In this document: positions 46,015 through 54,112 of the stretch, piece by piece
Position numbering within the stretch: position 1 is the stretch's first letter
Layout: each line of letters begins with the position of its first letter
DNA from: an uncultured Dehalococcoidia bacterium
GTDB lineage: Bacteria > Chloroflexota > Dehalococcoidia > Lucifugimonadales > UBA3495
Reading direction: 5' to 3'
DNA: 64,000 bases
Assembly: GCA_964502995.1 (NCBI GenBank)
Contig: CAZCZB010000005.1
Coordinates: forward strand, 39,540 to 103,539
Notes under the pieces: generated by a model
The model's database searches: none
The model's input: only the letters and a program-made list of their open reading frames with translations
What the model was told of the DNA's origin: nothing
Program-made: the position numbers and the translations under genes

Positions 46015-47232
46015 TCAACCTGTGGTGAAACGGGCCGCTTCCTCCGAGCCTCCGGTGGCGTCGCCCTCGCTGTAGGAGTGGGCGCCCGCTCCGGCCAGCG
46101 CGCCGCCCTGCACGATGAGGTATTCCTCGCGAATGGGTCGGCCGTCGAACCAGCATTCCAGGATCTCGCGGACGCCGGCGGCATACCGCGCCTGCGCTGA
46201 CAGGGATGTACCCGACGTGTGCGGCGTCATGGCGTGGTTGGGCATGGATCGCCACGGGTGGTCGTTGGGCGCGGGCTGGGGGAACCAGACGTCGCCGGCG
46301 TATCCGGCCAGTTGACCGCTCTCCAACGCTCTCACGATTGCCTCGCGGTTGCAGATCTTGCCCCGGGCGGTGTTGACGATATATGAGCCGCGCTTCATCT
46401 TGCCGATCAGTTCGTCGTTGAACATGTCCTCGGTCTCAGGGTGCAGCGGGCAGTGGATGCTCACCACGTCGCACACGCTGACCAGCGACTCGACCGTGGG
46501 GTGGAAGGTCGCGCCGAGTTCGGCTTCCACGTCGGCGGGCAGGCGGTGGCGGTCGGTGTAGTGCAGGTTGACGTCAAAGGGCTTCATCCGCTTGAGAACC
46601 GCCTGCCCGATGCGTCCGGCGGCCACCACGCCCACGTCCATGCCCTCGATGTCGTAGGAGCGTGAGGCGGCATCGGCGATGTTCCAGCCACCGCGCATGA
46701 CCCAGCCGTACTGCGGGATGTAGTCGCGGACCAGCGCCAGCATCTGCATCACGGCGTGCTCGGCGACGCTGATGCTGTTGCACCAGGTTACCTCGGCCAC
46801 CGTTATGCCACGGTCGATGGCGGCCTGGAGATCAACGTGGTCGGACCCGATGCCGGCGGTGATGGCGATTTTCAGGTTGCGCGCTTTTTCGATTCGCTCT
46901 GCCGTCAGGTAAGCCGGCCAGAAGGGTTGTGAAATCACCACGTCGGCATCCACCAATTCGCGCTCGAACACCGAATCGGAACTGTCCTTGTCGGCGGTGA
47001 CGATGTATTCGTGGCCTCGCGATTTCAGGAAATCCGACAGGCCCAGCCCTCCCGACACCGAGCCCAGCAGGTGGCCGGGCGTGAAGTCGATGGACGCGGG
47101 TGAGGGCAGCGTTTGCCCGTCGGGATATTGGGTGAGGGTTGGGATGCCCGCGCGGGCGTAGTCGGGCGGGAATCCCGCCACGGGATCGTCGTAGAGTACG
47201 CAAAGGACCTTATGACCGGAATTGGAACTCAT
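46015..47232 (-). CDS. fdh: NAD-dependent formate dehydrogenase
   Basis: KVLCVLYDDPVAGFPPDYAR...DFTPGHLLGSVSGGLGL...VFERELVDADVVISQPFWPAYLT...ITAGIGSDHVDL is near-collinear with classical bacterial NAD-FDH. Confidence 0.9.
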   Translation of the reverse strand: MSSNSGHKVLCVLYDDPVAGFPPDYARAGIPTLTQYPDGQTLPSPASIDFTPGHLLGSVSGGLGLSDFLKSRGHEYIVTADKDSSDSVFERELVDADVVISQPFWPAYLTAERIEKARNLKIAITAGIGSDHVDLQAAIDRGITVAEVTWCNSISVAEHAVMQMLALVRDYIPQYGWVMRGGWNIADAASRSYDIEGMDVGVVAAGRIGQAVLKRMKPFDVNLHYTDRHRLPADVEAELGATFHPTVESLVSVCDVVSIHCPLHPETEDMFNDELIGKMKRGSYIVNTARGKICNREAIVRALESGQLAGYAGDVWFPQPAPNDHPWRSMPNHAMTPHTSGTSLSAQARYAAGVREILECWFDGRPIREEYLIVQGGALAGAGAHSYSEGDATGGSEEAARFTTG

Positions 47233-47338
47233 CGCTAACCTCCTTGGCGGTGCCCATCATCCGAAGCTTCGGAGCGTTTTGAAAGTTCGCCTAATGTAAC
47301 GCCAAGAACCCGCACGCGCAATGCGCAGGCGCATACCC

Positions 47339-47528
47339 AGGGCCTTTCGATTATTGCCACACCGACCGGTATTCCGCTCATGGTGCGAAACGTCCGCCTT
47401 TGGCGGGAGCCTGCCGTAGGCCCGCCCGTGGAGGGTCGAACCATGAACCCCATCCTTCGACAAGCTCCCGCCACGGGCGGACGTTTCGCAGGATGAGCGG
47501 GTAGGCGGGGCGATAATCGAAAGGCCCT
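47339..47528. mobile_element. MITE-like 190-bp imperfect palindrome flanked by a 10-bp direct repeat
   Basis: The termini are agggcctttcgattattgcc and ggcgataatcgaaaggccct. Inner arms are gctcatggtgcgaaacgtccgcc and ggcggacgtttcgcaggatgagc. The direct repeat gcgcataccc lies at 47329-47338 and 47529-47538. It contains no ORF. Confidence 0.6.
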
Positions 47529-47623
47529 GCGCATACCCAAGTGCGATTGACACCATCAGGCACGCAAGATCGTCGGGCCGGCACCAAGGTTGCGGGATTC
47601 AAGGGATGAACCCGTTGGGGCAA

Positions 47624-47791
47624 TCAGTCGCCTGACTCCTTCCAATCCGCCATGCCGACCACTTCCGATTGGGCCGATTTTCTGCGTATTTGCCACTGCT
47701 TGACCCGACGCTCGATCAGGAATCTGGTCGCCCAACCGATTCCCAACGCCGCGGCGATGCAAACGATCACGTAACTATACGGTTCCGCCAT
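47624..47791 (-). CDS. Possible 55-aa single-pass membrane protein (below the 60-aa ORF cut-off)
   Basis: MAEPYSYVIVCIAAALGIGWATRFLIERRVKQWQIRRKSAQSEVVGMADWKESGD. The Shine-Dalgarno sequence is weak. Confidence 0.25.
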   Translation of the reverse strand: MAEPYSYVIVCIAAALGIGWATRFLIERRVKQWQIRRKSAQSEVVGMADWKESGD

Positions 47792-48185
47792 GACCAACAC
47801 CCGTTCCTGTGGTTGGGATATACCTATAGACGGTATTCAATCCGTAATACGCCTTGCGCCCATCCGCGGATCACTCGCCACGACACCAAATCCAGATTCT
47901 GGAAGGCCGGAATCGAACCACCGGCGCCGCGCTCAAAGCGTGTCCACGCGGGAGCACGAGCGGCGGCGGTGTTGACCGTGAGATTGCTGGACACGCCAGC
48001 GCGCCCATGAGCCTAGCAGGGCGGCAGCCCGGGCTACTACCACTCTACGGGGCCAGTTTGAGGCTAAAAATGGCCCGGTAGGCCGATGTGCGTACACAAC
48101 GCCGTATCAACGGTCCGTATGATCAGGACACCGTCGTTCCGCAGATGCGCGGTTGGCGAGGGTCGAAAACTCGTCCGGGGAACAT

Positions 48186-50045
48186 TCAGCCCAACCCGTG
48201 CTCGGCCAGCACGGGCTTGATTGCTTCCACCAGCGGCGGCAGGTATTCGTTCCAGTCCCCCACAATGCCGTAGTCGGCGGCGCGGAAAATGGCGGCGCGG
48301 TGGTTCCGGTTGATGGCCAGAATCACGCCGGCCTTCTGGATGCCGACGGTGTGGTTGAACGCGCCGCGTATGCCCACCGCCAGGTAAACCTGCGGCGCGA
48401 TGGTACGTCCGCTGATTCCCACCTGAACATGGTGAGGCAGCCAGCCGGAATGCACGACGTTGCGCGTGGTGCAGATGGACCCACCAATCGCCGAGGCGAA
48501 CTCCTGGACGGCGGGCACGCCCTCCTCGGTGACGCCCATACCAACGCCGATTACGACCTCGGCGGATGTGAGTTCCAGGGCTCCATGTTCCTCCGACAGA
48601 TGCTCGCTCACCAGCGTAACGTCCTCACCGGAGGGGGCCGCCGGCGCGATGGCATCGATGCGGATCGATCTGGCTCCGTCCTCGGGAGCGGCCGGTGTCA
48701 GTACTCCGGGGCGCAGGGTTACCAGGTTGGGCAGGGTTTTGGACAGGATGGGAGCGACGACGTTGCCGCCCAGCGCGGGTTTGAGTTGAACCAGTTGGCC
48801 GGCATCGTTGATTTCGAGGTCGATGGCGTCGCCGGTCAGGCCGAGGCCCTGGCGCGCGGCGATTCGGGCGGCCAGGTCGCGTCCGTCGGCGGTGGCGGCG
48901 AACAGCACGGCATAGGGAGGATCGGCGGCGATGGCTTCGGACAGGCTGTCAGCAACGCCGCGTCCGCAGATGGGTCCGAGACCGCTGGCGTCCAGCGTCA
49001 GCACGCGGTCGGCGCCGCCGGCGGTGAGATCGCGGATGATGCCAGCCCGGCTGGCGTCGTCGCCGGTTCCGTCGGAGATGACCACCGCGACGACCTCGCT
49101 TTGCGTGATCGGAGTCAGGGCACGGGCCTTGCCGAGCATCTCCAGCGTCACTTGGCGCACGCCGTCGCCGGACAGTTCCGCCAACACCCACATGGGCCGG
49201 TCGCCGCCGTCATAGTGGGGCAGATCACCATCACCGGAATCGGAGGCGTCCTGCCGGTCCAATGCGGCCAGTCGTTCGCCAAGATGCTCGGCGATCTGGC
49301 GGGCAGCCTCCTCCGGCGTCTCGTCCCGGACAACCACGCCGAGGCGGTCGGGTTCGACCAGCCTGATATCCTCAACCCAGGTTGGCGATCCATCCAGGCC
49401 GAACAGCGACAGGTCATCGGTCAGATCGGAGCAGGTCAGTTGCTCGACAGTCTTGCCCTCGGCCTCCTCCATCTCCTCGCGGCCCGGGTAGCGTTCCTGA
49501 CCCGCGCCTTCGGTTACGCAGACCACGGCGGGCAGCGGACATTCCATGACCTGGTAGCCCTCGTCCGTGACCCGCTCGACGCTGATGCGGTTGGCGGCGC
49601 GGTCGATTTCCAGTTTGCGGACGTTGCTGATGTGTGGCAGACCCATGAGTTCCGCGACCTCGGGCCCAACCTGGCCGGTTTCGGCATCGCTGCTGTTGCG
49701 GCCGCACACGATGAGGTCGGCGGATTCGCGGCGCAATGCCAACGAGAGGGCCTGCGCCGTGGCCAGGGTGTCGCTGCCGGCCAGCGCGCGGTCGGACAGC
49801 AGAACGGCGCGGTCGGCGCCCAGGGCGTAGCATTGGGTAAGTCCTTCGGCAGCGTTGGGCGGCCCCATGGACAGGGCGACGACGCTGTCGTCGCTTTCCT
49901 TGAGGTCGACGGCCATGTTGATGCCGAGCAGGTCGAAGGGGTTGATCTCCGAGGGGACGCCCTCGCGTTGGATAACCTTGTTTTCGTAGTCGAACTGTAT
50001 GCGGGAAACCACGGGGACGTATTTCACGCAGACTGCTATTTTCAT
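48186..50045 (-). CDS. Fused electron-transfer flavoprotein, with an EtfB-like N-terminal half and an EtfA-like C-terminal half
   Basis: The N-terminus MKIAVCVKYVPV...NPFDL is EtfB-like. The C-terminus ...GRDLAARIAARQGLGLTGD... and VQVGISGRTIAPQVYLAVGIRGAFNHTVGI is the EtfA FAD domain. Confidence 0.85.
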   Translation of the reverse strand: MKIAVCVKYVPVVSRIQFDYENKVIQREGVPSEINPFDLLGINMAVDLKESDDSVVALSMGPPNAAEGLTQCYALGADRAVLLSDRALAGSDTLATAQALSLALRRESADLIVCGRNSSDAETGQVGPEVAELMGLPHISNVRKLEIDRAANRISVERVTDEGYQVMECPLPAVVCVTEGAGQERYPGREEMEEAEGKTVEQLTCSDLTDDLSLFGLDGSPTWVEDIRLVEPDRLGVVVRDETPEEAARQIAEHLGERLAALDRQDASDSGDGDLPHYDGGDRPMWVLAELSGDGVRQVTLEMLGKARALTPITQSEVVAVVISDGTGDDASRAGIIRDLTAGGADRVLTLDASGLGPICGRGVADSLSEAIAADPPYAVLFAATADGRDLAARIAARQGLGLTGDAIDLEINDAGQLVQLKPALGGNVVAPILSKTLPNLVTLRPGVLTPAAPEDGARSIRIDAIAPAAPSGEDVTLVSEHLSEEHGALELTSAEVVIGVGMGVTEEGVPAVQEFASAIGGSICTTRNVVHSGWLPHHVQVGISGRTIAPQVYLAVGIRGAFNHTVGIQKAGVILAINRNHRAAIFRAADYGIVGDWNEYLPPLVEAIKPVLAEHGLG

Positions 50046-50050
50046 CGGGT

Positions 50051-51445
50051 TCAGACTCCTTGGGATTGGCCGGTTGTTATACCGGCGCGGATCTGCGACT
50101 CCAGCCGCTCCAATCCGGCGCTGATGGATACGGGATACTGCGCTGGCGACCGGATTTTCCGGTATTCATCCGGCAACGCTGCCAGACCGTCGGCAACGCG
50201 TTGGCGAGCTTCAACGATTGGACTCGCCGGGATCGTGCGCCGCCCGTCGGCCATCGCCAGGGACAACAGCGGTTGGGCGGATTCGACGGTTTCGTCCTCC
50301 AGGGCGATCACGTCGCCGGCCATCCCGCCATTGGCATCGTGCCGGCGAAACACCTGCTTGCCGCCGGGCAGCGACGCCTTGCCGGCGCTGAGTTTCATCA
50401 CAGGGCGGGCGTTGTAGCACACCATCTTGTACACCATGTCGCAGTATGGGGCGTCGGCCGACACGCCGACACGGGTACCCACGCCGAACATGTCGATGGG
50501 CGCGCCGCTCTGGATCAACCGGTTGAGTTCGTATTCGTCCAGCCCGCCGCTGGCGACGATGCGGACGTAGTCCAGCCCCGCGTCGTCCAGAATCCGGCGC
50601 ACCTGGCGGCTCAAATCATCAAAGTCGCCGGAGTCGAGACGCACGCCGGTGAGCCAATGGCCGTCGGCCTCCATTTCCTTCGCCACATCGACGGCGATGT
50701 GGGCGGCGTTGATGGTGTCATAGGTGTCCAGCAGCAGGATGCTGCGATCCGGGAACCGGCGGCAGTAGGCGCGGAATGCCGCCGCCTCGTCGTCGAAACT
50801 GGTGATGTAGGAGTGGGCCATGGTGCCGGTGGGAGGGATGCCGTAGCGTCGGGCCGCCAGAACGTTGCTGGTCGCGCCGAACCCACCGATGTACGAGGCG
50901 CGTGCCATGCGCAGGGACGCCTCGGATCCGTGGGTGCGCCGGGCCGCGAAATCGGCCAGCGGACGGCCAGCGGCGGCATCGACGCAACGGGTCGACTTGG
51001 TGGCCAGGAGAGTCTGGTACTGCACCTGGTTGATTGCGATGGTTTCGGCCAGCTGCGCTACGATCACCGGCGCGGTCACTTCGAGCACGGGTTCGTGGGT
51101 GAAGAACAGGCTGCCTTCGGCCATGGCCCTCACGCTGCCGGTGAACCGGAAGCCCCGCAGATATTCGAGGAAGTCATCCGCGAAAACTCCGGTCTCGTGG
51201 AGGTAGTCAACGCTGGCATCGTTGAAGGACAGGGCTTCCAGGCAATCGATGGCGTCGTCGATTCCGGCGGCAACCATGTAGCCACGGTCGGGCGGATACT
51301 CGCGCACGTAGAGGCTGAAGGTCGCTGCCGCGTCCATCCCCTCGGCGAAGTAGGACTGGGCCATGGTCAGTTCGTAGAAATCGGTGAGCAGGCCGATGTC
51401 GCCGGCCGGCAAGGGGAGATAGGGATTTTCGCTCTGGCTGGACAT
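50051..51445 (-). CDS. pncB: Nicotinate phosphoribosyltransferase
   Basis: Contains LLTDFYELTMAQSYF and GTMAHSYI. The length is 464 aa. Confidence 0.85.
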   Translation of the reverse strand: MSSQSENPYLPLPAGDIGLLTDFYELTMAQSYFAEGMDAAATFSLYVREYPPDRGYMVAAGIDDAIDCLEALSFNDASVDYLHETGVFADDFLEYLRGFRFTGSVRAMAEGSLFFTHEPVLEVTAPVIVAQLAETIAINQVQYQTLLATKSTRCVDAAAGRPLADFAARRTHGSEASLRMARASYIGGFGATSNVLAARRYGIPPTGTMAHSYITSFDDEAAAFRAYCRRFPDRSILLLDTYDTINAAHIAVDVAKEMEADGHWLTGVRLDSGDFDDLSRQVRRILDDAGLDYVRIVASGGLDEYELNRLIQSGAPIDMFGVGTRVGVSADAPYCDMVYKMVCYNARPVMKLSAGKASLPGGKQVFRRHDANGGMAGDVIALEDETVESAQPLLSLAMADGRRTIPASPIVEARQRVADGLAALPDEYRKIRSPAQYPVSISAGLERLESQIRAGITTGQSQGV

Positions 51446-51591
51446 GAAAACCCGATGCGGCCGACGGTTGGAAGGTGCGAGAGTGCGGCGCCGGCCGGGA
51501 GTGTCCGCATTATCAGTCGGCCCTGCGGTGGTGTCAAACGTCGGTTACACTATGGAGACATTCCGTTTTGGCTATGCTACAGCAGCAGTTG

Positions 51592-51617
51592 GGGGCAGGT
51601 TTGAAACCTGCCCCTAC
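51592..51617. repeat. REP family B copy
   Basis: ggggcaggtttgaaacctgcccctac. Confidence 0.85.
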
Positions 51618-51682
51618 ATGGGCGGACGGCCTCGGAAACCCTGTGGACGCAGCATCACCCGACACTATCCAGGAACAGCGAC

Positions 51683-52411
51683 ATGACCAACCCAATCATC
51701 CGACACGACGGCCGCCACCCGGACCAATTGCGCCCGGTCCGCATCACGCCCAACTGCCAGCCCTACGCAGAAGGGTCGGCCATGATCGAAATGGGCGATA
51801 CGACGGTGCTGTGCGCCGCGTCGGTGGAGGAGGAGGTGCCCGGCTGGATGCGCGGGCGCGGCACCGGTTGGGTCACCGCCGAGTACGATATGCTGCCCCG
51901 CGCCACGTCATCCCGTCGTCGCCGGGACCGCGATTCGGGACGCACCGCCAGCCGCTCCCAGGAGATACAGCGACTCATCGGGAGGTCGCTGCGGGCGGCC
52001 ACCGACCTGCCGGCCCTGGGCGAGCGGGCCATCTACCTGGACTGCGACGTGCTGCAGGCCGACGGGGGAACGCGCACGGCGGCCATCACCGGCGCATACG
52101 TGGCGCTGCATCTGGCGCTGCAAGGATTGGTTGCGGACGGCAGGCTGGAAACTGTGCCACTGCATTGCGCGGTGGCCGCCATCAGCATCGGCATACACGA
52201 CGGCGGGTTGCTGCTGGACCTGGACTACGCGGAGGACTCCTTCGCCGACGCCGACTTCAACATCGTGCTGACGGACGCCGGCGACATCGTGGAGATCCAG
52301 GGCACCGCCGAGGGCAATCCGTTCCCCCGCCAGCAGGTTGCCGATGCGATGGCGCTGGCGGCGCGGGGTATGGAACCGCTATTCGCCGCGCAGCGGAGGG
52401 CGGTGGGGTGA
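51683..52411 (+). CDS. rph: Ribonuclease PH
   Basis: Contains [16 protein letters not shown]...[23 protein letters not shown]...[14 protein letters not shown]. Confidence 0.95.
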   Translation: MTNPIIRHDGRHPDQLRPVRITPNCQPYAEGSAMIEMGDTTVLCAASVEEEVPGWMRGRGTGWVTAEYDMLPRATSSRRRRDRDSGRTASRSQEIQRLIGRSLRAATDLPALGERAIYLDCDVLQADGGTRTAAITGAYVALHLALQGLVADGRLETVPLHCAVAAISIGIHDGGLLLDLDYAEDSFADADFNIVLTDAGDIVEIQGTAEGNPFPRQQVADAMALAARGMEPLFAAQRRAVG

Positions 52412-52444
52412 TAATAATGTGTTAATATCAGCGAACTCCCTGAG

Positions 52445-52951
52445 TTGCCAATTCAGGCTCGACAATGGACAAACCAGATGACCCACGAACAACAGATGGA
52501 GCAATTCTCTTTGGCGCACATCCGGGCGGTCGCGGCTCGGGCAGGATACCAAGTTACCCGAGACGAAACCGACACTGGCCTGGATGGAGTATTAAAAGGC
52601 GACGGTTCGGGCCGGCCAAGAATGGAGTTTCAAGCCAAATCGACCTCCACTGACGTACGCCGCGGAGACTATCTACATTTCCCACTTCCGGTCGGCAATT
52701 ACAACATTCTGCGTGATGAAAACAGTGTACTGCCTGCGATCCTGATAGTAGTGACGGTGCCGCGAGATGTACGAGATTGGACGAACCAGTCGGATGAGCA
52801 ACTGTGTTTACGCCATTGCGCATACTGGTTGTCCTTAGAAGGCCACCCAGCTGTACCCAACACATCCACAGTAACAGTTTACGTTCCGACCACCAACGTA
52901 TTCAGTAGCGAACAATTGACCACGTTGATGGATCAAACATCGGGAAGGTGA
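52445..52951 (+). CDS. DUF4365-like PD-(D/E)xK nuclease-fold protein. The likely start is the ATG at 52478.
   Basis: Contains EQFSLAHIRAVAARAGYQV...DTGLDGVL...MEFQAKST (D...ExK-like core) and the C-terminal CAYWLSLEGHP..NTSTVTVYVPTTNVFSSEQL, as in DUF4365. Local G+C is lower. Confidence 0.6.
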   Translation: MPIQARQWTNQMTHEQQMEQFSLAHIRAVAARAGYQVTRDETDTGLDGVLKGDGSGRPRMEFQAKSTSTDVRRGDYLHFPLPVGNYNILRDENSVLPAILIVVTVPRDVRDWTNQSDEQLCLRHCAYWLSLEGHPAVPNTSTVTVYVPTTNVFSSEQLTTLMDQTSGR

Positions 52952-54087
52952 AGGCCATGGAGGTTACGATACGCGACCAGGCCGCATTGGAATCTTTACC
53001 TCTTTTGAGTGTGCGTGCCTACCTCTCATCTCAAGGATGGATCAACGACGGTTCCTGGGGTCGTCGTAGGTTGGCGAGCTTGTACTTGAAGGAGCAAGGA
53101 GCGAAAAGTTGGGACTTGGTAGTACCCAACTTGGACACGGTTTCGGACTACGCCCGCAGGATGTTTGAAGTTGTCGAGACGCTATCAAAAGTCGAGGAGC
53201 GCCCGCAACTGGACGTGTTTTACGACCTCAAAAACGCTGGGGGAGACATCATCCGGCTAAGTTCCAGAAACGGGAAAGCCAGACACCCCATGTCGTTGCG
53301 TGATACCACAGAACTGCTCAGCGACACATACGGAATGCTATCGGCGGCCGCTCGATCGGTTGAGAACCCTCAAGCGGTTCACCGAGGAAGCTTGAGCACC
53401 GAAATATCCGATTACCTTGGCGCAGTGCAACTGCTTCCCCATAACTTTGATACCTACGCACTAGCGTTGCGTTCTCCAGCTCCCGGTGGAATTGGCCCTC
53501 AGCTGGACCTCGGCGATGAGTACCATACTCCTTTCCCACGGCGGGCCACGTCCCGACTAAGTCAGGCACTCCAGTCCACCACAGCAGCGGTCAGGGAAGC
53601 AATCGGCACAGATACACTCGATCCCTTTAGAGAAGCCGTGTCGGAGGGAGTCAGCGCTAACCTTTGCAGTTCAGTAGCGCGGTTAGCCGAAAAGGGACAT
53701 GGAATTGAAATCAGAGTCCATTGGGCCGAAACCCGCCCCTCCACCACGCCCGAGCAGCGTTTTCCGTTTGGCACACATACTGTGGGTGTGCTAAACGACG
53801 CTGCGGCCGATTTTCGTCGCAATGAACCTTCTCCCAGTGAACTCATCACGGGGCACATTGCCCGGTTGGAAAGGGACAACCCTGATGAATTTGATGGGAG
53901 GGCTGTAATCCTGTCAGTGCGCGACGAGCGACAAGTACGGGTCAGGGTTGAGTTCAAAGAACCAGATTTCAAAAAAGTAATTGATGCGTTTCAATCTTTG
54001 TCTCCAATACGAGTAACTGGCGATGTGTACCGAGTCGGCAATACATACGAATTGCGAAATCCACGTGACCTAACCGTGCTTGAATAG
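52948..54087 (+). CDS. Unknown 379-aa protein coupled to the DUF4365-like gene. The start is GTG 52948, or ATG 52957 with a GGAAGG Shine-Dalgarno sequence.
   Basis: Either the start overlaps the upstream stop (GTGA) or a 5-nt gap separates them. The ORF is long and coherent, and I recognise no motif. Local G+C is lower. Confidence 0.6.
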   Translation: MKAMEVTIRDQAALESLPLLSVRAYLSSQGWINDGSWGRRRLASLYLKEQGAKSWDLVVPNLDTVSDYARRMFEVVETLSKVEERPQLDVFYDLKNAGGDIIRLSSRNGKARHPMSLRDTTELLSDTYGMLSAAARSVENPQAVHRGSLSTEISDYLGAVQLLPHNFDTYALALRSPAPGGIGPQLDLGDEYHTPFPRRATSRLSQALQSTTAAVREAIGTDTLDPFREAVSEGVSANLCSSVARLAEKGHGIEIRVHWAETRPSTTPEQRFPFGTHTVGVLNDAAADFRRNEPSPSELITGHIARLERDNPDEFDGRAVILSVRDERQVRVRVEFKEPDFKKVIDAFQSLSPIRVTGDVYRVGNTYELRNPRDLTVLE

Positions 54088-54112
54088 TCGGATACGAACT
54101 TTCGCCGCTGGG

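Noticed and set aside
47900-47927. tRNA, tRNA-Sec or tmRNA gene on the minus strand
   Set aside because: The T-loop consensus and a terminal CCA are present, but the T-stem is mismatched and no 5' acceptor strand, D-arm/anticodon arrangement or tag-peptide reading frame could be found. A full-length tmRNA would have to overlap the etf gene. It is kept only as a possible remnant in the findings.
48153-50417. 754-aa plus-strand ORF; similar long ORFs occur at 11072-12502, 12799-14490, 22911-24443, 39137-40690, 43773-45146, 50060-51604, 55094-56812 and 59045-60358
   Set aside because: All are antisense to genes with clear family signatures and have the Gly/Ala/Arg/Val/His-rich composition expected from reading a high-GC gene backwards.
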